Assembly (NCBI GenBank): GCA_965153455.1
Contig: OZ234493.1
Coordinates: 34,896,213 to 34,960,212, forward strand
Direction: 5' to 3'
Origin: Sphagnum compactum
Taxonomy: Eukaryota
DNA length: 64,000 nucleotides
Part shown: one piece after another, positions 12,368 through 23,945 of the stretch
Position numbering within the stretch: the stretch's first letter is position 1
Layout: the number at the start of each line of letters is the position of its first letter
Program-made: the position numbers and the translations under genes
Notes under the pieces: model-generated
What the model was told of the DNA's origin: nothing
The model's database searches: none
The model's input: only the letters and a program-made list of their open reading frames with translations

Positions 12368-13680
12368 TATCATGGGGGTAGAGGATGCCAAGAAGAGCAC
12401 TATCAGATCTGTGCGCTCAATGTTGCATCACCCACACCCCATGATGAAATTGCCAGACCCACAAGCATAGTGTAGTGAGTCCACCAAGTCATGTACCTGT
12501 ATTGGATGGAGAGGAAGTTGAATTGTACTTGCACCCTACTCATGCATCTCCATGTCAATGTCTCCTGGCCATGCCTGCAAAGTAGCCCTTGATGAATAAG
12601 TAGTTTCCTGGTTAGCTAGTAAACACAGCCCATATTTAAAGAGAATGTCAAATGTAGAGCTTCAAGAGTCTTACTCCTGTTTGCAGAAGGATATGTTCAA
12701 AACAAGGGCCTGCACAATTGCACCCACACATATGTGATGAGGCGATTGACATTGGAGCCCTGGTGAATACTTGCCCAGGCTACCAATGACAGTACCTGCC
12801 CACCTCTACCAAGGGTCACCAGACATGCCCCAAGATGTACAGAATCTACTTAGAATCTACTACAGTCACAGTCAACAATCGATAAAGTCTATATTTTCTA
12901 AACCCAGCTGTCACAAGGAAATCAGGAAAAAGAAAATTGAATAAGATTACTGAACAAGCTGAAACAGAATTGAGGGAAGAGTTAGTTTACAATGGGATCA
13001 GCAGCACCATGAACAGCCATCACACCTTGTAGCCATGACATACCAAAAACTGGGATGATTATGTTCCTGGTGGAATCACCCCTGTAGCAGCTTGTATGTG
13101 TAAGCAAGGTGGACAATGCAGACAACACAAGCCTAAACTGTTTAAATATAAATCCATAGGGCAATTACAGGTGAAAGAAGTTTGAAAGGCAAGCAGAGGA
13201 CAGACACAAACAACACTTACCAGACAATAGGCCTCCTGGAAACATTCTATATGCTGAACATATGAACAGCAGCATCTTCTTTTCCAATAGCAGTGAGAAA
13301 GTGCTCTTGACAAATGTATATGTATGTGGGTTGGTTATATATGTGCAACCAAGAGTCATGTAAGTACCCTGTGAATGCCCAACACAATCTATATATTATG
13401 AGCAATTTACCTCCCAGCCCATGCTTGTCACAATACCTTCTTTCATCAAAATCACACTACTACACTACGGATGTGAATACCCAAGGACGACAGACGTCAC
13501 ACAACCGCTCTCACAGACATATATGATGCAATCAAAGGAACACTGAGTCCAAATCGAAAGCAACATTATCATGTTCCTGCATTGCATAGAGAGGAGATGC
13601 GACCTCTACAACCCACAGGATGCAGGCCATAAAACCCAGAAAATACAGATGCAGGAATCATGGTGTACATGGCAGTGAAA
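12368..13680 (-). pseudogene. UNC93-like (MFS-type) membrane protein pseudogene, intron-containing, with multiple frameshifts and stops
   Basis: Exon remnants translate, across frameshifts, to YTMIPASVF/LGFMACILWVVE/GT, LLEKKMLLF..AY..(A)IVW|GDSTRNIIIPVFGMSWLQGVMAVHGAADPI, GAIVQALVL and GLAISSWGVGDATLSAQI[+TGAT]SALLGILYPHDT|gtgag. These are collinear with plant UNC93-like 3 as recalled (FTMVPASLYLGFAASIIWVGQGT...AFVWAEFTKEIVTPAIGVSGVGGAMAVYGALDAV...GIGDGILNTQISALLALLFKHDT). Confidence 0.75.
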
Positions 13681-15022
13681 AAATGCAACAGGGTTTTCTG
13701 GGAAGAAGTTTAGTGAACTTGACTACTTCTAACACTTCAATCTGAGACTCTTCACTACAGAGAACCAGGTATGTACTAATCTCACCTTATGATTTCACTG
13801 GAAACCACATGCATGAAGGGCCGTTATAAGAATTCCAAAATTTCCGTCATTTCAATGTTGTATAGCATCAGTTTTAGCAGCAATATGTATTTCAGTGTTT
13901 TCCCATTATAAGTGACATAGCTATCTGAGCACATTGACTTACAATCTACAACCGAAAACCTAATGAATGTTTTGTAAACTTGAACTCAGGAGCTCTTGGA
14001 GTGACAAATAAGTCAGCCACTAATAATGCACAAAATTTGATCAATCGTTATGACGTAGCTACGACAGCACTTGTGATGATGTTTGGTAATTGGAATTTAT
14101 GCATTTTGGATGGAGAGTCACCGAAACACTTCACTCATCCAAGCTACGATGTTCAACAGGAACGAAAGCCGGGGAGAGGGAAGTCTGTTAGTGCGAAAAT
14201 TAATGCTAAATTGGTGATTAAACCGCTCATGGATAGATCGTCACAAGGCTGGAACCAATTCCGTATTACAGAACCGCCCTCGGTGGCAGATTCTGACAGG
14301 AAAGTGGTCACTAGCGAGTCCCGTGAGCGCGGGCTTGGCAAAATCGGTTACCAACGGTGCGTTCTGTGGCGTAAAGAGCAGGTTACCCGCGTTCAAAAGT
14401 CACAGGAACACTCTTAACGGGGTCGTTCCATTTCACTGCGCAATTCTGCTTGAAGAATCGCGCCGCAGGGGCGGCGGAATTCTCTCCTGAATTTTACGAA
14501 GAAGAGAGAGCAAGAGAAGAACCATGAGTGAAGACGTCAAAGAAATCAAGGACTCTTGGGATGCTAGCCTATGACGCAACATCAGAAAATTGAAATAGAC
14601 ATCACTGATCCAGAAACCAAAAGCATGAATCTAGAGATGGGTAAATTAGACATATAAAAACTCCCTTTATTTTTCAGAAAATCCAGCAACAGACAACCAG
14701 AGAACTCTAGCCGAGCACACTTTGATTTTCACATTTGTACATGACGCTTGCTTTAATATTTCAATACGCACAACAGTCTAGGAAGTGGTGAACTAGACTA
14801 ATCAAAATATATGCATATAAGCAGGTGTGGCCCATTAGCTCTCCTCATGCCTCAGACATCAAGGAAGAGACATGCTTATTTCCAACAGCCAAAAACGAAG
14901 ACCTTTAATAAGTGAAGTTCCGACCCATCAAAACACAAGGGTTATTCAAACACAGTTAGTCCCCCTCTGGTTTGAATACACACGAAAACAAATTACGGTC
15001 GGAGCAAATTACAGGTGCCGGT

Positions 15023-15585
15023 TCAGGAAGTACTAAGGGCCATGGCAGCTACATCAAGCAGCACGGTATTTGCTGCGGACGACGTAGATGCAGCAAGATC
15101 ACAAGTTACAGAAGGTCCTTCAGTTGTTGCAGGTGGTATAGAACTGCCAGCTGAATGTAAATTGTTCATCTCGATCCCTTCCTGTGGATGTTCTCCTGTG
15201 CCTATAGTTCCAATCCCATCAAAACGCAAGGAATTATTTCAACGCAGTTAGTAACTTCTGGTTTCCATAGACAGAACAAGGATGTATACGAAAGTCTCGT
15301 TCACAATGAGTAGCTAGCAAAATAACTCAGATTCAAGATAGATTGATTTTTTAACATACCATCGCTCGCGCTTGTAGGCCGAATTCGTGCCGATGCAGGC
15401 GCCGATACTGATGACCAGTTCCGCATGTTGAGACGCAAGCCACAGCTAGCGATGATGATGACAATGAAGAAAACGACCAGCCTTAATATCACCGTGGCAG
15501 AAAAAGAAGCGAAACTTGATGCTAGTTCCTTCCATCCGCTCGTTGGTGGTGAAGCAACATCTACACTCATGACTAGATGCCTCAT
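15023..15585 (-). CDS. Small hypothetical single-pass membrane protein (~134 aa), two exons
   Basis: Exon 1 (15585-15360) starts at an ATG, encodes the hydrophobic stretch VILRLVVFFIVIIIASCGL and ends at a GTATGT donor. The intron has a TACTAAC branch-like motif (~15249-15255). Exon 2 (15201-15023) joins in phase and encodes a Ser/Thr/Ala-rich tail ending MALSTS*. No family recognised. Confidence 0.5.
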
Positions 15586-17079
15586 TCTTGCAATCTATTC
15601 TAGAAATTTAAGGATAACTCTCTTTCAGAATCTGTCAACTCACGAGGCCGTCAAGAAATCTTCCACAAGAATTTCAGTCTACACTTTGGGTGGGTGGGTG
15701 TGTGTGTGTGTGTGTGTGTTGTACTATATTGCAAAAAAAGGCAATTTGCAAGAAGAGATCAGTCTTGCATCAAGAATCCAAAAGAGGCAGTTTGGAACCC
15801 AAAACAAAATTTCTGTCTTGTGCTAAATTGCAAAAGGAAGAGGTCTGACTTTGGAACCCAAAAAAAAAATTCTGTTTTGTGCTAAATTGCAAAAGGAGGA
15901 AGTCTGAGTTTGGAACAAGATCAGATCTATCTTCTTGTGATAAGAGTGCAAAAGAAGAGACAAATTGTTTCTTCCAAATGAAGGGAAAGGAGAGGAGTTG
16001 TGTTTTTCTGTTGTTGCTGTGAACTCCAAAAAACTACTAACTCCTTTTGTTTTGTCAACAAACTAACTCATAATTGTTTGAGTTTCTTGTGTTGTGATTG
16101 CTTCACCAAAACTTACACAAGAGGATTGTGATGAGGAGAGAGACTTTAACTGGATTGATCCTTGGAATCTAGTGGGTGTGTACGTTCTGTTGTTCAAATT
16201 TGACCTCATAAGAAGAGAATCTGGGCGGTGTCGCCTCATGAGAAATATGTGTCTCTGATGTAAACTGTCCCCTTGTAAAATTGCGGCGGGTCAACTTTTG
16301 TGATTTTTTATTGGCCTTTTTCATCTATTCTCATCCATAAAATTTCCATGACTAGAGAAACGAGGAATTGATATATATGGATGATTTTTTAAAAAATCTA
16401 TCCTAACGTCATCTATATATTAGTTCCCAAGACAATTCCACAAACAATTCATACCCACCTAAGTGACAAATGCCTATTTAAATCGAAAAGAATCGATAAA
16501 AATTGATTTAAACAATTGTAAAAGAATCGAGCAAGATAAGAGTCCATAAGCATCCAAGAAAAAGTTTACGGATAGATTATCGAATTCTCAAATTATAACA
16601 TGTTGCCTCTAATATAAAAAGTTTGAGGAAAATGAAATACCTAATGTTCTTGAGAGTATATTTGGTGTAGACTTGTGAACCTTTGACACACATGTCGGCC
16701 ACTTTTAGATTCATCATCTTGTTGGTCCAATGGCACCAATCTATGCCAATGCCCATCTTCATTCAAACCAAATTCTCCTTCTTGTGTCTCATCATCGTCT
16801 TGTTGAGTTTCTTCACAATCAATTTGAACCCCTTGATCACACCACAATCAGAATTCCCTACAGAATCGTCAAATTTCGATGATGAAGCATTGTCATTAAA
16901 ATTCTCCAAGTCCAAAAGAAGAGTGGGTGGAACTTGTCTACCCTGTCTCCTTTGAAGCTGCCTTTCAACTGCTTCTTGTCATAAAAAGGCATAATGATCT
17001 TCTTCTTCATTTCTCAAAGGCATAAATGGAACTTTGGTAATGTCAATGGTATCTGGATTGAATTGCTTCAAAGGTGCTC

Positions 17080-18976
17080 TAATGGCAAGGTTTTCCACAA
17101 CTTGTAAATTTGTTTGCACAAATATTAGTCTCTCCATCTATGGGATGGATAACCTATTCCTTTTCTTTGTTTGGACTTGATCCCATATTGACCAATTCCT
17201 TTCACAAATTGAAGCACTACAATCTTGTGAAAGCACACTTTGAGCTACTCTTTGCAACCTAGGCACATGCCTACCAAACTTTTCCCACCAAGAGATTGGT
17301 TACAACATTGGGTCCCAAAATAGAACGGCCTTTTTAGCAAATTGTCCCTCTTTTTGAAAAATTTGTAAAAGTTCATCTTCAATTGCATTTGGATCAACCG
17401 TAGTAGAAAAGATTGCGACAATGTAAGAAACCCAACCTTCACGTAATTTTGATGTCACAGAACCATCTTCTTTCTTCCATAAAGAATGTAGGATGAAAGC
17501 AACCACATGGATGGGTCGATGGAACCATTCCCATTTGTGCAACCATTGTTGCCTTACATCAAGGAGTTGATCTATAGACAAGTTTCCAGCATTCAACAAA
17601 GTTTCACCAATCTTGTTCAAAAACTCATGCAATAATCTGATGGTACAACCCACTTTATCCACCAAATGCAAGACTATGTAAAATGGTTGTAGATCTGTGA
17701 CTATTGCTTGGGCATTCTTCCAAAAGTCATGAGAAAGAACATAAGTCTCAAATTCACGAGCTTCTTGGGTTCCTGAATCAATCCATTCAGACCATGCATT
17801 TGACACCACCATCTGCTTTAAAGTTCTATAAACTTTCACCAACCGTTCTAGAACCAAAAACATCGTAGCAAAGCGAATGGATGAAAACTTAACCAATTCC
17901 AAATCTTTTACAATCTTATACATTGCCAAAACCTTCGATTTTTTTTGTCACAAATTTCACTAATCTTCTAGCTACCCTTAACACTTCCTTCACCCAATTG
18001 AGTTAACCAATATCCTCAACCGTGAAACCAAGGCAATGTGTAACACATGGACTCCGCACAATGTGTGGAAATTTCTCTGTAATAATTGAACCCATGAGTT
18101 TGCAATTGCTTACATTGTTAATCATCACTTTTTGACAACATTAACTAGTCCTACGTCCATAATGGCTTATTTGATGTGGCCATGGATGTAGTCAGTCGTG
18201 ATTAGTGTTCCAAACAACTCTACAGATGTATCAATTGATCTCAAAAATATTGTTCTTCTATAATAAGAAACAAGTATGTTGATGATGTTTCGCTGTTTCA
18301 TGTCACTCCAACCATCAGTCATGATGGAACACCCATATTTAGTCCAAGAAACTTGAATAGGCTCCAAATCTCTTTCACAATAGCCATTTCAACTTGTAAA
18401 CCTTGCATACATATGGCATCTCTCTGTGGTCCATCAAAGACGCCGTTCATCGAAACCACTACACGAATCATCGATCTCCATGTAGATGTGTCAACCACTT
18501 GAAACGTCGGGTTGCATTTGTAGATGCATCGTTGTATCTATTGTTCTACCTTTTGCCTCAAGGCCATCTGCCAAGCTACACCAAGTTGTTGCTGACCTAC
18601 CCTTTTTTGACTCGATCTCGAAACAGTGGATGCAACATTGGACACTCCTCCCGCATTTGATGCTTGTCGAACATTATGTGCAGGGGTGTGTGAAAGGATG
18701 GGATGTTGACTACTACCTTCCCTTTCAAAACTTGGAACAATAGAAAACATCTTCATCACTTGAACATGCACTTAAACACATCCGACAATTTGTTTACTCT
18801 TTGTCGCCTATTAGGTGGGCCTTAATTTTTGTTCCAGGATCAGTGTATACATTTTGGCAATATTTGCATTTCCAATGCTTAGTCCCTATGCTACCTTCAT
18901 AGCCATGAAGCTCAATAACATGATCCCATTCCAACCTTTTTTGAGGTCCCACTTTTATTGTAAATGAAAAACACAT
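17080..18976 (-). mobile_element. Decayed hAT-superfamily transposase (BED zinc finger + DUF659 + hAT dimerisation region)
   Basis: Fragments WDHVIE...WKCKYCQ...KIKAHL (BED finger), WTKYGCSIMTDGWSDMKQRNIINILV, SPCVTHCL, TRFAT-like SIRFATMFLVLERL, FHRPIHVVAFIL and SASICERNWS...QTKKRNRL, broken by frameshifts and stops. The element probably extends over ~16400-20430. Confidence 0.88.
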
Positions 18977-20233
18977 GTTAAGATAAACATAATGATTTTA
19001 GGGTTTAAAACTTATGTTTTTATGGTTTAGGTGAATGCCAAAAACAAATAGATTGATTTTATAACTTAACTTTAACTTTTAGGATTTAGGTTATTAAATT
19101 TTTAGGGTTTAAATCAATAGCAAAGATACATAAATTGATTTTAGGTTCAATTAGTTATGTAGGGTTAGGTTTTAATGTTTTAATGTTTAGGTCAATGTAG
19201 GGTTTTAAAGGCAACAAAAGGTTTTTAAGATTTTTTGGGTTTAGGGTTTTTTTCGACCAACACAATTGGGAAAATTACATTATAATTTTTGGTTATCCTT
19301 GTGTAAGTTTGACACTATTTGTTGAGTTTGGGGGTAATAAAAAATTGAACAACATCACAAATTTTGAAAAATCATGCTAGAAAACAAATGTGGAGTGTGT
19401 AATTGGAAATTATTACCTAGGCAAATATGTGATGTGCAAATATTTGGTGCACGATGTGACTTGATACAAATTGAGTAAAATTATCCTGGTCAATTACTAG
19501 CATGAGCAAAATATTACAACATGTGAATGAATGATTTTCAAAAATTTGACATCACAGATTTTGAAAATTTTAACCTCACTAACCTCATTAAACATTTATG
19601 TGTTTAAAACAAACCTATGTGAATAATATATTGAGAGCGATGCGAATCATGGCCTAGCTAATTGGATTAATATTATTGAGGTTACAGGATTTTACAACAC
19701 TTAGTCAAAAAAACAACAGCGAAAACACCCACCAACCAAAAAGATACACATGCACACACTTTGAAAAGCACAAAATTTATAAAAAAAATTCAAACATAAT
19801 TTAGTTGCGAGAATTTTTTTAAATATTTATCACCTTTGGATGGCAACTTGATTAGCAAAGGAATTCTGACTAGCCAAATCTTTTAGCACCAAAAAAGAAC
19901 AAGAAAATTTTGAATCTCTTGAGCAAAGAAAAATAACTTTCTTAATTTTCAGAACTAAAAATCCTTTTCTCAGATGAAGAAGAAGATTTGTAAAAGATGG
20001 AAAGATGTTTTGGAAATCTCTCGAAACTTTTTGAATTTTTTTTTGTGAAAGATTGAAAGCAATGAAATGCGCAAAGAAAAATTGTAAAAATGATAAATGT
20101 GGAATGAAAAGAAAGAGGATGTGAAATTGGAACTATATAATATATCACTTGCAATCGCATGACAATCTGAACCAAATCAATTCAATGATCCAACTGACAC
20201 AAAGTTATTTTGAAACTATAATTAGATATCAAT

Positions 20234-20422
20234 GTTGCAAATAATGTGCACTATGTGGTTAAAATCAAAAGTCATTAGCATTAAAACAACGTTATAGATA
20301 GTGTGCATTATGTGGTTAGAATCAAAAGTCATTAACGTTAAAACAACGTTGCAGATAGTTTGCACTATGTGGTCAGAGTTAAAAGTCGTTAACGTTGGAA
20401 CAACGTTGCAAATATCTATGTG
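20234..20422 (+). repeat. Tandem repeat, 57-bp unit x~3.3 (probably TE subterminal repeats)
   Basis: The unit GTTGCAAATAATGTGCACTATGTGGTTAAAATCAAAAGTCATTAGCATTAAAACAAC starts at 20234, 20291, 20348 and 20405. Confidence 0.85.
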
Positions 20423-20540
20423 CAATTAATTAATTAGTAGGTTTATTTAATTTATTTTTCTATATTTTATTCATTAAATATTTAATAATTTTATTACTTA
20501 AGTAGTTAGTTAACTAGTTAAGTGTCACTTACCTACTTAA

Positions 20541-20669
20541 TTATATACTTTTCAAGATGGGAATGAAAGCCAAAACATATGGGATAAACTTTTTAATTGC
20601 AAGTCGTTTGCAATTAAAAGGTTTATCCCATATGTTTTGGCTTTCATTCTCATCTTGAAAAGTATATAA
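20541..20669. repeat. Long inverted repeat: 62-bp arms, 5-nt loop
   Basis: Arm 20541-20602 is the reverse complement of arm 20608-20669 except at two positions; the loop is GTCGT. Confidence 0.95.
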
Positions 20670-20779
20670 ACAAGGTGTTTTATCTTACATTTTCATATTA
20701 AAATAGATGGGCATATGGGATGAGTCAATAAATACGACTTGACCCAAAATAAAATATAAATATTCATGTACTTACACCT

Positions 20780-21368
20780 AACTACCTACTTCTCTAACTT
20801 GCCTACTTATTTTTCTACCTACCTACCTACCTAAGTAGGTCTTTGGCCTAGGTAGATAAATAGGTCTTATCTAGATAGGTGTTTTGCCTATATGGGTAGG
20901 TATATACGTAGGTAGGTACCTAGTGCAGCCTACATACCTAAATATTGATTTAAATTTAATTTGGAAAAATTTAATTAATATGCCATGTGGCAAATTTTTA
21001 TTGCACCACGTGTCACAATCTAAACCATCCAAACATAAAAATTAAACGTCTTAAATTATTTCAAAATAATAAAATATTTTTAATTATTAAAAAATGAGAC
21101 ATGTGACAACACATAACTTGTTCCCATTGTTCACCAAAAAAATCACATCTTAGTTGCAAGCAACAATACATATATGACTAGTCAAAGGATGAAAACGTAT
21201 TTTGTCAATTTTTTCTTTCATCCAAAATTCGTTATCGTTTGCAATTAGTGTCAATGCGATTTGTCCAACACGACTATTAAGATTTTAGTTGCAAATGTCG
21301 CTTGCAACTAAAAATTAATCACATGGACCAGTTGCAAAATGACCATTAGCTATAGCTTGCCATTAGTG
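20780..21368 (-). mobile_element. Terminal portion of a CACTA-like element (same family as 47435-48000, opposite orientation)
   Basis: 21000-21340 aligns with the reverse complement of ~47460-47790 (e.g. TAGTCAAAGGATGAAAA(C/T)GTATTTTGT and CCACGTGTCA..AAACCATCCAAA). It ends in TAGTG at 21364-21368, has TTGCAA subterminal palindromes and an internal (CTAC)n tract. Confidence 0.55.
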
Positions 21369-23659
21369 GTCCTCTTTTAGTTCCCACAATGCTTATTTCT
21401 CATTATTGGCAATGTGTGTCCATAGCCCTCCAATGTGTGTAAGCCATAGCGATTTTTCAACATATTGCACTTGGGAGGCATTCCTCATCTCATCCACACA
21501 TCACAATTACCTTTGTCGTTAGTTGATTTGTGACATACGATACCTTTTTAGTTTACGGTGTTATATTTTATTAGTGTGTTAGTGGTGATTATTATGTGCT
21601 TTCATGACATGTGTTTTCGAGCTTTTATTTGCCTTGTACTTCTTGTGGATGGGTTTTCATCCCTACCATTTTGATATACATGATTTTTCTTCATGATAGA
21701 TGCCATCTTTTGTTGATTTCATATGTTTAACTGTAAGTTAGATAGCCTTGTATATATGGGTCAAAGGATATGCATGAGTTGGAGTTTTGAGGTGGTTGTA
21801 GTTCCAGTTGACAGAAAACATGTGCTTTGTAATGGGCTGGGTAGGGCCTGTTCCGCCAACGAATGTGGGCAAGACTTGTATATGGGGAGTTACCACCGAA
21901 GAGGTGATAATAATGACCTGTTAGGTGGTAGAGGGTTTCTATTATGCCTATTCCAGGGCATGACTAGGGTTCCTCACTATCGATTCACATCACAAGATGT
22001 TCCCTTCTGTTGATTCACACTAGAAGTAGTCAGTGTAACCAAAATCCTTCAGATCTTCCCTCTCTGGTGCTTCTTGTTTGCAATCTGGCTGGGATCACAA
22101 GAGAGGAGACTAGTTTCAATCTCGGGGTCTTGTCACTCATGTATTGTTCTTCATCTTTGGGTTTTTGGGGTTTTTTTTGTTTTTCTTCATGAATTCCTGA
22201 ATACAAAACGACTGAAGTTTTAGCTACAGATTCTTTGCATTTCAGGACCGTGTGTTTGTGGGGCGGAAGATTGTCGTCGTCGACAGACGAAATCGAGGTC
22301 AGAAACTTGAAAAAAACGCCTAGTGCTCGAATTACAGTTTTGGCATTAGTGAAGTTGTGCATGAACTGATTGCCCTTCACCTCTTCATAAGGAGATGTAA
22401 TTTGATCTGTAGCAAGTTTACCCAGCTCCACGGATAGTACCTCTTCAAAATATTCACTGAGGTCTAAAAGAGGGTACCAGAACTGTAGGACCCTCTGGAA
22501 TGTTGATACAATGAGCTGCTTTGACAATAATTATTCACCCACAATGATTGAATGGGTGTCTAAACTGACTAGAAAGGTAGTGAAATTTGTGGTAAGAGTG
22601 GAAGAACAAGCTTTAGCACCAGTGGAAGTTCATTATTATTCATTGCCTTAAGTATTGTGGAGACATGCACCTCAATCAAAGTTATTAATACAGCCATAAG
22701 CTACAACAGAATTATGGTTTTGGTTGGAACTTGACCTGATGTGTGTGAGTGACATCTGAAGTAATATGTGTGCATATGATGGATAGGCATGTTCTCTGGA
22801 AGTGCATGCTTCTAGATGAGAAGTTCTAGTAGGTCCAGTAAGGGAAGATTTTAGTTCAAACATGCCCTAAAGGCCAGAGTTATTAAGTGATGGACTCATT
22901 GCTTCAAGCAGTTTTGTAAAGTTTAGAAATTTGCATTTCTTTACAAGAGTCCTTTTCCAGCGTTGTCTTTTTATTAAAGATCGCCACAGATACCCATTTG
23001 AATATCAAGTTGGGTATATACTCACTTACCCGATGCTGTGAAAAAAATGAAAATAGACCGGTTTTGGTAAGGAACCTTGGTTCTCCAAAAACAAATGTAA
23101 GAATTCAAAAAATCACCTTTCTAACTGTTCTTCACCGATTCTTTCTTTTGTGAAAACTGGACTGTAGATTCTTTGATGTTTTTGAAATGATAGTAACCAG
23201 CAAATTTCTGATTCTCATTTGATCTCAAAACCTATTCTTAATATACGGAAAGCACTGCCTGGATTTTTCATTTGTATTTTGAGCTCCCTTCCATGCCAGA
23301 AGAAACCTGTTTCCAGCAAGTGGAATCTTCTGCGGTGAAAGGTACTAGCCAGCCTGTCACTATTTCTAAAAAGTGAAAAAATCCCAGCTCTGCTTTACTA
23401 AGGAAAAGGACCTGAGTAGTGGCCCTTCCTTTATTTTAAACTTGTTGCCTCGGCCAACCGGCCTCGGGCACATATCTAAAATCACCCAAGGGCCTGTACT
23501 CAGGCCCTTCTTCTATACTAAAGAACTCAAACAATAACTGCACAACACTTGTTCTTTCCCAATGATTGATTATCTGTTATGGAAGGACTGCCTGTCAGGT
23601 GACCATAATGATGAGAGTGGGAAGACAGAGAGAGTGGATCACAGTCAATGTGTTTTTTT

Positions 23660-23945
23660 TTTTGGGGGTCAATTTTGTGTATGTAGCCAAAATGGCAATC
23701 CTCATCCATAGGAAAATTTAACTAAATTTGGCTACAAGCTAAATTATGAAATCAAAAATTTAAAAACCATTCTTCTATATTTTGGCTACTTACTTGAACC
23801 ATCTATAGTCTAAATCTGACGATTTAAAAATAAAATTGGTTGAATTCTGGCTATTGAAAATCTCAGAAAACACTTGATTTCAGTTAGCTCTTTAGAAAAA
23901 TTTAAACCCCATTTTGGCTATTACCTATCTAGCCACCAAGAAAAA
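23660..23945. repeat. Dispersed repeat family, with further copies at ~25190-25330, ~56825-57025 and ~58335-58470
   Basis: Shared core TTTTGTGATGTAGCCAAAATGGCAAT(C/G)ATCCATA.GAA.ATTTAGCCAAATTTGGCTA...AATATGAAA. Confidence 0.7.

Noticed and set aside
12368..13680. In-frame TGA/TAG stops that U-to-C RNA editing could repair
   Set aside because: The correct UNC93-like frame is broken mainly by indels, and such editing is organellar; ordinary pseudogene decay explains it.
13980..14417. 145-codon ORF in a CpG-rich patch
   Set aside because: No ATG start, no recognisable domain and no clear splice context; more likely promoter-like DNA.
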